64,000 nucleotides of DNA from Candidatus Hydrogenedentota bacterium (lineage in GTDB: Bacteria; Hydrogenedentota; Hydrogenedentia; Hydrogenedentales; SLHB01), in the NCBI GenBank assembly GCA_963668025.2, contig CAXXTH010000009.1:64001-128000 (forward strand), in the 5' to 3' direction. The notes under the pieces were generated by a model. The model was not told the origin of the DNA, searched no databases, and worked only from the letters and a program-made list of their open reading frames with translations. The first letter of the stretch is position 1. The number at the start of each line of letters is the position of its first letter. Position numbers and translations under genes: made by a program. Positions 20,007 to 29,687 of this stretch are shown piece by piece.

Positions 20007-22310
20007 GTGAGCCTAAAGAACCATGCCTTATTATGCGCGGCGGTGTTGTGCGCAGCCGTTTGCCATGCGGAAGAAAAACCGCAGACGACGAATATTTCTG
20101 GAGGCCGGCTGCTGCCTTATGAGATTTTACCGCTGGCGGGGGATTGGGAAGGCGACGGCTATCTCTGGGGCGGGCTGGACGGTTCGGTCTCGCTGGCCGA
20201 TGACATGGCCGCCGTCTTGGTGCAAGGCGTGGGGAAGCAGAAAGACGTGGAAGCGGCTCTTACCCAGGATTTTTCTGTAGGGGGCGTTCAAGTGTCTATC
20301 GGCATGCGCCGCAATGAACGGCAGGCGAAAACCTGCCATATATATTGGGATGGCGCGTTGCTGGCCACCTGCCATCCGAACGCGCCCGGCGAAGGCATTG
20401 ATAAACCAGAGCGTGTATCCTGCGAAAAAGGCGCGTTCAACTTCGCGCCCGGCAAGCACACGCTCCGGTTTGAAGTCGCGGAGGCATCGGATAAAGGCGC
20501 GGATAATTTTCAAGTGGATGCGATACGTATCGAGGCGCTTCCCATGAACGAGAACGTGGAATTGATCGCACTCGAAGGCATGTCGTTAGTGGCGGAATCC
20601 AAGTCTGCCCTCGTGGCCGCCGCTATCCAGCATTTCCAGAAACGTCTTGTGGCCTTAGGCGGCAAAGCGCTTCCTGTGGCCGGTCAAGCGAACAGACCGT
20701 CGCTGGTCGTGGGCGGTTCCGTGCCAGCGGACGCCCAAGCCCAGGAAGCGCTGCTGCCTTTCCAGCGGGAAGAAAGCTTCTATCTTGCGCTCGATAGCGG
20801 AAATCTGATTGCGTCTGGTCTTGGCGAGATGGGCGCGGTGTACGCCCTTTCTGATATCGAGACGCGCCTGCGCATCGTGGATGGCAAGCTGTTTGTAGTC
20901 GCGCCCGCCTGGACGGATGCAAATGGCGTCAAGACATTTTTCAGCAAACCCGCGTTCGAGATGCGTGGCGAGTACATCAACGTGGGGTATAACGAAAAAG
21001 GCATAACCCCCCACGAATGGACGCGCGAGCAATGGAACTACTATGTGGATCAACTGGTGCTGGCGAAGCTGAACCGCTTGTGTTTCTACATTTGGGTGGA
21101 CACATACACGATGTATCCCGGTTCGGAATTGTCGAAAAATCCGCTGAACCGCAAGATACATGAAGACTGGCAGTATGTGATTGACTATGCCCACCAGCGC
21201 GGGCTTAAAGTCACCTACATGATTTGCGGTACGATGATCCCCCGCGATCTTTGGCTCGCCCACCCTGAATACAAAGCAGACATTGTGTATACGGAGCACG
21301 GCTTTACCGCCGTATGCCCGAATGCGCCAGGCTCGTGGGAGTTGTGCCTGGATGTCTGGAAGTCTGAAATGGCGTGGTTCAGTAAAGCCGACACCCTTCA
21401 AATCTGGTATTACGATCCTGGCGGCTGCTGGTGCGAAAAATATGGTTGCAAGGAGCATCAGGTCGAGAGCCTCATCCAGCAGACCATCGATCTCAGTGGC
21501 TTCTTTTGGGAGTTGAATCCCCAGGCGGATATCGAGGCCAACACATGGCCCATGTGGCTATGGGAAGAAGAAAAAGATATCAAATATAAAAAGGCCTTCA
21601 GCCAGGAACTCAAGAAAGCCTTTGGCGAAAAGGCAAACCGTTTACGGGTGATCGGTGCGCCGGATGTGCCCGCCTGCATGCCGCTTGAAGCGCGCGAGGA
21701 AGGATTGGATACGGGCATTTTCCTCTTTGGAGTGAATCCCGAGATGGGATATGTATTCACTGTGCCAACCGTCAACTTCAGCAAAGTATGGATAAACGAG
21801 ATCTACAAGAACGGCTTCCTAAAAACGTTCTCACACCGCCTCGAGGCTTGGACGCGGTATCCAGGCACGTTTATCACGGCGGAGTATATGTGGGATCCCT
21901 CCATATCCGAAGAGCAAGCGGCGCGTACGTATGCCGATTGGCAAGCGGCGGACGCTTCACTGGGCTTGCGTTTCGCGGAGCTCATTTTGGCCCTGGATAC
22001 ATTCACGGAAAAAGGAGCTACTGTATCGCAGGGCGTTCGCATGGCTGAACTGAAGAATGAGATTTTTCCCCAGCTTCCTGCCGTGACGCAGCAGGAACTC
22101 GAGTATTGGCCCGCCATGATCGATGCGTTAGGCGTGATTGCGGCCTCGGTGGATGTTCAGTCTGGGTATGAGCTCCAGCTCCTAAGCAGACAATTCATCC
22201 AATGCCTTAAAGAATCCAGCACGCTGGCGTATCTGGCGGATAATGGAAAAGCCAAGTTCATGACGTACCGGAAGCTTCTGTCGTTAGGCCAGCAAAAGGG
22301 AAGGTTTTAG
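20007..22310 (+). CDS. secreted hypothetical protein, probable glycoside hydrolase (GH20/GH67/GH115-like N-domain plus TIM barrel)
   Basis: Signal peptide; EESF.L....L...G...G.VYA, PAFEMRG, W..YVDQL...KLN, YAHQRGL, CPN and DPGGC.C pattern; AGGAGG RBS, GTG start. Confidence 0.7.
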   Translation: MSLKNHALLCAAVLCAAVCHAEEKPQTTNISGGRLLPYEILPLAGDWEGDGYLWGGLDGSVSLADDMAAVLVQGVGKQKDVEAALTQDFSVGGVQVSIGMRRNERQAKTCHIYWDGALLATCHPNAPGEGIDKPERVSCEKGAFNFAPGKHTLRFEVAEASDKGADNFQVDAIRIEALPMNENVELIALEGMSLVAESKSALVAAAIQHFQKRLVALGGKALPVAGQANRPSLVVGGSVPADAQAQEALLPFQREESFYLALDSGNLIASGLGEMGAVYALSDIETRLRIVDGKLFVVAPAWTDANGVKTFFSKPAFEMRGEYINVGYNEKGITPHEWTREQWNYYVDQLVLAKLNRLCFYIWVDTYTMYPGSELSKNPLNRKIHEDWQYVIDYAHQRGLKVTYMICGTMIPRDLWLAHPEYKADIVYTEHGFTAVCPNAPGSWELCLDVWKSEMAWFSKADTLQIWYYDPGGCWCEKYGCKEHQVESLIQQTIDLSGFFWELNPQADIEANTWPMWLWEEEKDIKYKKAFSQELKKAFGEKANRLRVIGAPDVPACMPLEAREEGLDTGIFLFGVNPEMGYVFTVPTVNFSKVWINEIYKNGFLKTFSHRLEAWTRYPGTFITAEYMWDPSISEEQAARTYADWQAADASLGLRFAELILALDTFTEKGATVSQGVRMAELKNEIFPQLPAVTQQELEYWPAMIDALGVIAASVDVQSGYELQLLSRQFIQCLKESSTLAYLADNGKAKFMTYRKLLSLGQQKGRF

Positions 22311-22317
22311 CGCACTC

Positions 22318-24621
22318 GTGGATATGCCATTGAAACGAACACGCCATCGGGCGCATGGGATACGCATCTGGGCGGCGGTATGCTGCGCGCTGGCGGTTTT
22401 CTGTTTGAGCCATTCCGCCTGGGCCCAGCGTAAAGAGCTGGTGTTTTGGCATTGCGTGCCGGGAACCATGGGCAAGACATTCATCGAGATCGCCAATGGT
22501 TTTAATGACGCCCAAAGCGAATACCATGTGAACTTAATATATGTTCCATGGAACAGCAACCAGAAAGTCATGAGCGCTTGGGCGGCCAAAATGCCCCCCG
22601 ATATCATGTATGTGGATCGGCCCACCTCCACGGGCTGGATCGCCCGCGATGCGTATAAAGACCTGACGCCATGGGTCGAGCGCGAAGGCTGGTCCACCGA
22701 GCAGTTTTATACGATCTCGTGGAACGACTGCCGGTTCCAAGGCCGGCAATACATGATCCCGCTCCTGAGCGATATCCGCTGCCTGATCTACAATCGGAAA
22801 TTGTTCCGCGAAGTGGGGTTGGATCCGGATAAGCCGCCGAAGACTTGGGATGAACTGTATGATTACTCCAAGAAATTGACAACTTGGGAGGAAAACGGCC
22901 GGATTAAAACGCTGGGTTTCCAGCATTACGAAAGCTCGGCCATCTCGAACCTGATCCTGGTGCTGGGCTGGCAATTGGGCGGCGACCTCGCGAGCGCGGA
23001 CCTCAACACCATTACCATTAACAGTCCACAGTATCTTGAAGCGATGAACTTCATTCTCAAGTTGCAAGAGAGTTCGGGGGGCCTCGATAACAGCTTGCGC
23101 CTGCTGAGCAGCGGCGGCCAGTCCGCCGAGGGCATGGATTCGTTTTACCTGGACCGGGTCGGCATGAAGCTGGTGGAGAGTTTTTATTTCCAACGGCAGA
23201 AGATGATCGCGCCGAACATGGACACTGCGCTTGCCCCCTTCCCGACGCCGGGCGACACACTGCCTGTGTCGTGGCTGTCGGGATTTTCGCTGGGCATCCC
23301 CCGCGACGCCAAAGATCCCGAGGGGGCGTGGGCGTTCATCAAGTACATGGTGTCGCCGGAGATTCAGCTTCGCCTGTGCAAGGCCCTCGGGATTCTGCCC
23401 GCCATTCGGGAAGTCGGACGCCATCCAGACCTGTACAATGATCCGAACCGGCGCCCGTTGCTCGACCAAATGGATTACAGCAAATGTTATCCCAAGACCC
23501 CGGTGAATAATGAGGCCTATAACGAGATCTGCATGGCTGCCGAGCGGGTGATGCGCGGCCGCGCCACCCCCGAGGCCGCCTTGGCGGAAGCCCAGCGGAG
23601 AGTGCAAGAATTGCTCGATGCGGATCGGGCGCGGGCGGCGCTGCCCTATGTGAACTGGAAGCCCATTTATATCACGGGCATCGGGATATCGCTTCTCAGC
23701 CTTGCCGCGTTCGGATACCTTGGTGTGCGGTGCGTGCGGCAGAGAAGAGCGACTCTTCATGACTTGGCCGCGGGATATTTGTTTGCATCGCCTTGGCTGC
23801 TGGGCCTGCTGATCTTCGGCATTGTCCCGCTCTTCCTCTCGTTCTTCTACAGCTTCTGTGATTATGAAGTCATCCAGCCCGCCCACTGGGCAGGCGGCAG
23901 CAATTACGCCAAAATGTTTTCCAGCGATCCCCTTTTCTGGAAGTCGTTATGGAACACCCTGTATTACACGGTGTTTTCCGTGCCGCTCAGCATGGCCATC
24001 GCGCTTGCCCTCGCCCTGCTGCTCAACCAGCCTCTAAAGGGCATGCGGTTTTTCCGGACGGCGTTCTATCTGCCGTCGCTCATCACCGGAGTCGCCGTGG
24101 CGGTGTTGTGGAGCATGATCCTCGGGCCGGAATACGGCATCGTGAACCGCGTCCTAGAATACTTCGGCATTCCAGGGCCGTTGTGGTTCCAAAGCCCCCT
24201 ATGGTCGAAACCGGCCCTCGTCTTCATGAGCCTGTGGGGCATTGGCGGCAGCATGATCATCTTTCTCGCCGGTTTGCAAGGCGTCCCCCGGCAGCTCTAC
24301 GAGGCGGCGCAGCTCGATGGCGCGAATGCGTGGGGCCAGTTCCGCCATGTAACCGTGCCGCTTATCACGCCTACTATTTTCTTCGTCCTCATAGTGGGCG
24401 TCATCGGTTCGTTCCAAGTGTTCACGCAAGCGTTTGTCGTGTCTGGCGGCCTAGGCGGCCCCTTGGACTCCACGTTGTTTTATGTGTTCTATATCTATCG
24501 AAAGGCATTTGAGCAGTTCCAGATGGGATATGCTTCGGCCTTGGCGTGGGTGTTGTTCGTGGTGGTCTTTATCCTTACAGCCATCCAGCTCTGGCTGGGA
24601 AAAAAATGGGTGCATTACTGA
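22318..24621 (+). CDS. carbohydrate ABC transporter: solute-binding protein fused to a permease
   Basis: SBP motifs (PPD, LIYNRKLF..GL...PPKTWDEL) followed in frame by GYLFASPW, FRTAFYLP and the EAA loop LYEAAQLDGAN. Confidence 0.92.
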   Translation: MDMPLKRTRHRAHGIRIWAAVCCALAVFCLSHSAWAQRKELVFWHCVPGTMGKTFIEIANGFNDAQSEYHVNLIYVPWNSNQKVMSAWAAKMPPDIMYVDRPTSTGWIARDAYKDLTPWVEREGWSTEQFYTISWNDCRFQGRQYMIPLLSDIRCLIYNRKLFREVGLDPDKPPKTWDELYDYSKKLTTWEENGRIKTLGFQHYESSAISNLILVLGWQLGGDLASADLNTITINSPQYLEAMNFILKLQESSGGLDNSLRLLSSGGQSAEGMDSFYLDRVGMKLVESFYFQRQKMIAPNMDTALAPFPTPGDTLPVSWLSGFSLGIPRDAKDPEGAWAFIKYMVSPEIQLRLCKALGILPAIREVGRHPDLYNDPNRRPLLDQMDYSKCYPKTPVNNEAYNEICMAAERVMRGRATPEAALAEAQRRVQELLDADRARAALPYVNWKPIYITGIGISLLSLAAFGYLGVRCVRQRRATLHDLAAGYLFASPWLLGLLIFGIVPLFLSFFYSFCDYEVIQPAHWAGGSNYAKMFSSDPLFWKSLWNTLYYTVFSVPLSMAIALALALLLNQPLKGMRFFRTAFYLPSLITGVAVAVLWSMILGPEYGIVNRVLEYFGIPGPLWFQSPLWSKPALVFMSLWGIGGSMIIFLAGLQGVPRQLYEAAQLDGANAWGQFRHVTVPLITPTIFFVLIVGVIGSFQVFTQAFVVSGGLGGPLDSTLFYVFYIYRKAFEQFQMGYASALAWVLFVVVFILTAIQLWLGKKWVHY

Positions 24622-25478
24622 TGCTCAAACGGCTCATACAATCAGAAGGCCAGATCGCCACGGGCAAATTGCTGTTTTGCTACGCCCTGTTGATCGGCGC
24701 AAGCGCTTTGTTCCTCATACCGCTGCTCTGGACGTTAAGCGTCTCGCTTACGCCCAAAGGACAGGTCATTCTCGGGACCTTCAATTGGATTCCGGATCCT
24801 ATCGCATGGGAGAACTACTATCTCGCCGTGACGAACATGCCGTTTATGCTGTATCTGTACAACACCCTCGTCATCACGGTCTTGAGCATCATCGGCGTGG
24901 TTTTTTCCTGCACGGCCGTGGCGTATGCGTTTGGCTGCCTGCAATGGCCTGGCCGCGACACCCTTTTCGTGGTCATGCTGGCGACCATGATGATACCGCC
25001 GCAGGTGCTAATGATACCGGTGTTCATCTTGTTTTGCCGCCTCGGCTGGTATGACTCCTTCAAGCCTCTCATCGTGCCCGCGTTCATTGGCGGAAACGCC
25101 TTTTTCATTTTCCTGCTGCGCCAGTTCTACAAGACCCTTCCCACCGCCTTATTCGATTCGGCCCGCATTGACGGCTGTTCTGTTTTTGGCATCTATTGGC
25201 GCATTGTCCTGCCGCTGACCAAGTCCGCCCTTGCGGCGGTCGTCATTTTCACGTTGAATGGCGTCTGGAACGATTTCCTCGGGCCGTTAATCTATATCAA
25301 TAGTGAAGCCAAGAAGACCCTGGCGCTCGGCGTTCAGGCGTTTAGCGCCCAAAGCGGCGCGGAGGCCAGCGAGATGATGGCCGTGTCCACGCTCATGATC
25401 TTGCCGCTTCTCCTTGTCTTTTTCCTCGGGCAACGCTATTTCATTGAAGGCATCACCTTGACTGGGTTGAAGGGATAG
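24621..25478 (+). CDS. carbohydrate ABC transporter permease
   Basis: ATG overlaps the upstream TGA; DSARIDG EAA loop; WNDFLGPL. Confidence 0.93.
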   Translation: MLKRLIQSEGQIATGKLLFCYALLIGASALFLIPLLWTLSVSLTPKGQVILGTFNWIPDPIAWENYYLAVTNMPFMLYLYNTLVITVLSIIGVVFSCTAVAYAFGCLQWPGRDTLFVVMLATMMIPPQVLMIPVFILFCRLGWYDSFKPLIVPAFIGGNAFFIFLLRQFYKTLPTALFDSARIDGCSVFGIYWRIVLPLTKSALAAVVIFTLNGVWNDFLGPLIYINSEAKKTLALGVQAFSAQSGAEASEMMAVSTLMILPLLLVFFLGQRYFIEGITLTGLKG

Positions 25479-25575
25479 TGAAAGCACGCATACAACATGG
25501 AAGGTAACGTCCGTCCAGAACATGAACCAAAAGACCGATACGCAATCAGCGGCTATCTTCGCATTTCGCATGGCG

Positions 25576-26511
25576 TTAGGACACGCTGACATTGGGCGCG
25601 CCAAGCGCCCGTAGTTTTACCGCCACCGCTTCGGTCTCTTCCCGCAACAACTCAGCGCCCACTGGAACTCTCTCGGAAATACCCAGCCAGGTCCGCTTCG
25701 AGTTTCCCAGCCCATGATGTCCCATGACATGCACTCCGATGCAATTGCGGAGTGATTTCGCGGTTTGCACGATTCCATTGATGTGGTCTTCCCTTAGGTT
25801 AAACCCCGGAATGATTGGACAGCGCAACATGATCGCCGCGCCCTGTTCATCAAGGAAATGCAGGTTGTTCAGGATAAGGCCGTTGGGCAGTCCCGTGAAT
25901 TGCACATGCTTTTCGGGATCGGTTTCCTTGTAGTCGAAGAGAAACAGGTCTACAAACGGGAGAATCGACTCGAACTGACTCGCCGGAGCATGCCCGCACG
26001 TCTCCAGGCAGGTGTGAAGGCCGTGGGCGCGTCCGCCCTTGAGGAGGTTGAGCGTAAACTCGAACTGAAAGAGCGGTTCGCCTCCACTAATAGTCATGCC
26101 GCCGCCGGATTCCTCGTAGAAAGGAATATCCTTGATTACCTCGCCTAACGCTTCCCCGACCGTTTGTTCACTGCCAATCGCCTCGAGAGCGCCTGAGTAG
26201 CATTTCTCCGTACACGCAAGGCATTCCAAACAGCGGTCACGTAATAATAGGTGTGCTTCTCCCTCCATCACATGGGCGCCGCGTGGGCACGTCCGGAAGC
26301 AGAAGCCGCACCCAATGCAGAGCGTTGGCGTGAAAGCCAGTTGCGGCTTCCCGGCGTATCCCTCGGGATTGTGGCACCAGGCGCACGAAAGCGGGCATCC
26401 CTTCATGAACACGGTCGTCCGGATGCCGGGGCCGTCATGGATGCACATTCGTTGAATATCGAACACCATTCCCTTGATGGATGTATTGTACTGGAGGCCA
26501 GTCTTGGTCAT
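25576..26511 (-). CDS. glycyl-radical enzyme activase (radical SAM with ferredoxin insert)
   Basis: HDGPGIRTTVFMKGCPLSCAWCHNPE; two CxxCxxCxxxC motifs; SGGEP. Confidence 0.95.
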   Translation of the reverse strand: MTKTGLQYNTSIKGMVFDIQRMCIHDGPGIRTTVFMKGCPLSCAWCHNPEGYAGKPQLAFTPTLCIGCGFCFRTCPRGAHVMEGEAHLLLRDRCLECLACTEKCYSGALEAIGSEQTVGEALGEVIKDIPFYEESGGGMTISGGEPLFQFEFTLNLLKGGRAHGLHTCLETCGHAPASQFESILPFVDLFLFDYKETDPEKHVQFTGLPNGLILNNLHFLDEQGAAIMLRCPIIPGFNLREDHINGIVQTAKSLRNCIGVHVMGHHGLGNSKRTWLGISERVPVGAELLREETEAVAVKLRALGAPNVSVS

Positions 26512-26537
26512 GCGTTTTCCTGCCGTAACCCAATGGT

Positions 26538-28871
26538 CTATCGCGCGTGTTTGGTGCGGGCAATCACGTGATCTTGAAGGTCTTTCGTTAACAGCTTGAA
26601 CATTTGTGAGTAGCCAGCAACGCGTACAGGAATATTCCCGAATCGCTCCGGATCTTCCTGCGCCTTCAGCAACCGGCCGGCCGTCGTGACGTTCATCTGG
26701 AGCTGGCCTACGCCCATCCGCATCGCGGTCCGGATGATTTGGGCAAGACGTTTGACGCCATCAGCGCCCTCGATGAGCTTCGGATCGACGTCAACAATGG
26801 CGGCGGACGCGCCTGCGGCGTGGCGATGCGGCATTTTAGCCAGCGACCGCAGCATTGCGGTGATCCCTTCCTGGTCACGCCCCTGATGTGCGGACAGGGA
26901 GTAGGCTAATGGCTCGCCAGCATGGCGGCCATCGGGCGTGGCCCCTGTTAGCTTGCCATAATCGATGTTGCACAGGAACGTGAACAGGTGGACGAAATAG
27001 CGCCCGCCCAATGGACTCCTCTCCGTATCCATGAGGCGGATGAAGTCCATTGCCACGTTGGCGGCAATGCTGTCTACCTCATCAATATCGTTGCCGTACT
27101 TGGGGGCGCGATTCAGCAATTGTTGGCGAAGAGGCTCATGATCTTCAAAGTTATCTTCGAGGGCGGATAAGATTTCCTGGCTCGAAACCGATTTTTCTTC
27201 GAAGACAAGGCGTTTGAGGGCACACAGCGAATCCGCCGTGTCCGCGGCGCCGAGGAAACAGACGGAATGATAATTGTAGATGGCGCCGCCGTCGGTAATG
27301 TCTCTTCCGCGGTTGATACAATCGCCAGTCAGCGTTGACAAATACGGCAAAGGACCGGCCTCGCGCTGCGCGAGTTCGCCGCGATTGCAGTGGTAGACCA
27401 TGGCCTGCGCGAAATGCTCGACTTGGCGGGAGTAAGCCCCGTACAACGCTTCATAGCTATCATAATCGGTCAATCGTCCGGTTTTCGGCCCGAGTTGTTC
27501 CCCTGTGTGGGGATCCTTTCCGTCAAACAGCGCGAGTTCGAGGCATTTTAGCGAATTGAACCAGCCTGATACGGCGTGCGGATTGGCGCGCCCAGGAATC
27601 GTCAACTCGATGCAGCCGATAGGGGCATAGCCGCGTGCGTCTTCCAGCGCGATGCCCCGCTCGGTCAGCGCGGGGATGAAACAGTCGTCATTGAAGAAGA
27701 ATGGAATGCCGCCGCCTCGCGCAACAAGCCCGGCCGCCTGCTCAACCAGGCCGGCGGGGCTCCCGGAATGCAACCGGACCGATACATCGCGCACGAATCC
27801 CACGTTATGTGTTGCATCCATGATGGCGTACGTCATTTCATTGGTGGCGTCTTGCCCGTCCCGGTCCTGTCCGCCAAGCGTGATAGCCTGTACGTCATAG
27901 TCCAGATACAGCTTGCAGGCCAGCTCTTCCATCAGTTCGACGGCGCCAGCACGTGTAGTTTCACCTTTGGCGAGATCTTGCTCATAGTAGGGGCCAAGGA
28001 TCTGATCGAGGCGTCCGATGGAGTTTGCGTTAATATAGTCTTCACCACAGGTGAGAATGTGCGCCAGCCAGAGTGACTGGACGGCCTCGAACAGATTCCG
28101 CGCGCCTTGGGCGGGAACATGGCGGCATGTTTTGGCCATCCGGGCCAGCCTTGCGCGTTCCTCGTCAGACTCCGCCCGGGACGCGAGGGTCTCCGCCAGG
28201 TCGGCGTACCGATTCCCGAGCAGGCATCCCGCCTCACATATGGCAAGGGCCGCGTTCCAGAAATTCTCCTGTTGCGGATACTCTGGGTCGGAAAGAACAG
28301 ATGCGTTACGCTTGTCCAGTATTTCCTGTTGAATCCCTTTGAAGCCTTTCGCAAGAACCTTGGCGTAATCACGGATCGAATGATTCTCGACCCAGCCCCA
28401 TGCATGGAAAACGCTGTCAACGTGTGGCGCCGATTCATCCGGCATGCCTATCTCGAAGGTATGCTCCCGAAGCCGGTTGAATCGTGTGAACGACTCCCGT
28501 GCGGCTGGTATTTCCTCATTTGATAGGCCGAGTGAGGTTATCTGCTCCAATAGCGCCTCGGCATCCGGCCTCGCAAAGCCGAAACCGTAGCCGGAAAAAT
28601 GCTCTCCCGCCAGCCGCCAGCCGGGGTAAATCTCAATGGCCGATATCTGGACCAGTTCGAGCAAGAGGTGGGCGCGCCACTGCACAACGGAAACCCCAGG
28701 CCGGTCCGTGCGCCATAAGGCAACATCGCGCTCAAAGGGATTGGCCCCCGGAATCCAGGAGCCTTTCCTGAGCATCACATCCGAACGTAACGAAGCCATC
28801 CGGGGAGCCAGATGTGCGGACAACTCGCCCACACCGGTCTCGTCTTGTATCGCTCTCACATTCGCCGACAT
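26538..28871 (-). CDS. glycyl-radical enzyme (PFL2/dehydratase-like superfamily), substrate unknown
   Basis: Gly loop RVAGYS; Cys loop IGCIE; GRLDQ, PKYGND and ATPDGR; start placed at MSANV (alternative ATG at 29015). Confidence 0.92.
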   Translation of the reverse strand: MSANVRAIQDETGVGELSAHLAPRMASLRSDVMLRKGSWIPGANPFERDVALWRTDRPGVSVVQWRAHLLLELVQISAIEIYPGWRLAGEHFSGYGFGFARPDAEALLEQITSLGLSNEEIPAARESFTRFNRLREHTFEIGMPDESAPHVDSVFHAWGWVENHSIRDYAKVLAKGFKGIQQEILDKRNASVLSDPEYPQQENFWNAALAICEAGCLLGNRYADLAETLASRAESDEERARLARMAKTCRHVPAQGARNLFEAVQSLWLAHILTCGEDYINANSIGRLDQILGPYYEQDLAKGETTRAGAVELMEELACKLYLDYDVQAITLGGQDRDGQDATNEMTYAIMDATHNVGFVRDVSVRLHSGSPAGLVEQAAGLVARGGGIPFFFNDDCFIPALTERGIALEDARGYAPIGCIELTIPGRANPHAVSGWFNSLKCLELALFDGKDPHTGEQLGPKTGRLTDYDSYEALYGAYSRQVEHFAQAMVYHCNRGELAQREAGPLPYLSTLTGDCINRGRDITDGGAIYNYHSVCFLGAADTADSLCALKRLVFEEKSVSSQEILSALEDNFEDHEPLRQQLLNRAPKYGNDIDEVDSIAANVAMDFIRLMDTERSPLGGRYFVHLFTFLCNIDYGKLTGATPDGRHAGEPLAYSLSAHQGRDQEGITAMLRSLAKMPHRHAAGASAAIVDVDPKLIEGADGVKRLAQIIRTAMRMGVGQLQMNVTTAGRLLKAQEDPERFGNIPVRVAGYSQMFKLLTKDLQDHVIARTKHAR

Positions 28872-29064
28872 TTTTTCACCCGAGCTTTCTATAATGCACC
28901 CGCCGCAGGCGCGTTTCCGGTCACTTGATGCTCCATATAAAACCGCGTCCTTTGGACGTGGCCAGAGAGCATTTGGCTCAACCAGTTTGAGTCTATCAAC
29001 ATTCTCTATACTCATGTTCTTCCGCAACACCGTGAAAAGAGCGGCCCATGAGTTGTTTCGCCAA

Positions 29065-29092
29065 ATTATAACATAAAAAATGGTAATGTCAA
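29065..29092 (-). promoter_or_regulatory. consensus sigma70 promoter for the GRE operon
   Basis: TTGACA-N16-TATAAT with extended -10 (TGn) on the minus strand. Confidence 0.7.
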
Positions 29093-29207
29093 TGCCGCGT
29101 GGCAAGATGTGGGTGTGCGCCACCAAAAGAGTATTGATGCGTTTTACAGGGAAAACCGCCGTTCTTTTGTATATGAACATATACACCGAGCGCCTTCCCC
29201 GATAAAA

Positions 29208-29382
29208 GACGCCGCCGACAAAAGTCGTTTGGTGGTCATGAATCCATGTAATTGGAGCGTATGGACGGCCCCGCGCCTTACGAAAAATGGCGATTTACAT
29301 CCAATATTTCGCCCCCATCCGCCGCGCCTCCCTTCACCAGAACCTGTGCGCCGCATGAACGGACACTTTTGTCGGTGGCGTC
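29208..29382. mobile_element. 175-bp MITE-B nested in MITE-A
   Basis: 18-bp TIRs GACGCCGCCGACAAAAGT / ACTTTTGTCGGTGGCGTC (1 mismatch); 6-bp TSD ATAAAA; absent from the copy at 42481. Confidence 0.9.
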
Positions 29383-29455
29383 ATAAAAGGGTTCGTATCG
29401 CCTGTTGAGCGCTTCAAGATAGCCTGCTGTTTCTTTCACTATCCGCACGTCCCCT

Positions 29456-29687
29456 TAGCCCGCTTGAGCGGGCTCTCCTTAGCACCTGGCTTCAGCCAGG
29501 GTGGATTGTCGTGAAGCGCTTTGAAGAAGCACGCTTTAGCGTGGCTTCTCGACCCGCTTCAGCAGGCCTTTTTTCGCTAAAGCTCCCCCTTGAAGCCGCG
29601 CTAAAGCGCGCTCTTGATTGGTTGGTCCGAACTCTCCACCCTGGCTGAAGCCAGGTGCTAAGGGGGAGCCTGCTCAAAGCAGGCTGA
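29456..29687. repeat. REP/REPIN-like multi-hairpin inverted repeat
   Basis: Perfect 29-bp arms 29477-29505 and 29635-29663, plus several GC-TTNA-GC / GC-TNAA-GC hairpins. Confidence 0.8.

Noticed and set aside
28987-28999. FNR-like TTGATAGACTCAA in the GRE leader
   Set aside because: One base short of TTGAT-N4-ATCAA, mismatched, and downstream of the promoter.
28872-29186. N-terminal extension of the GRE in the ORF track
   Set aside because: It runs through the consensus promoter and into MITE-A, so the real start must be downstream (28871, or possibly 29015).
29456-29687. Possible CRISPR array from repeated palindromes
   Set aside because: Repeats are inverted and irregularly spaced, with no repeat-spacer periodicity and no cas genes.
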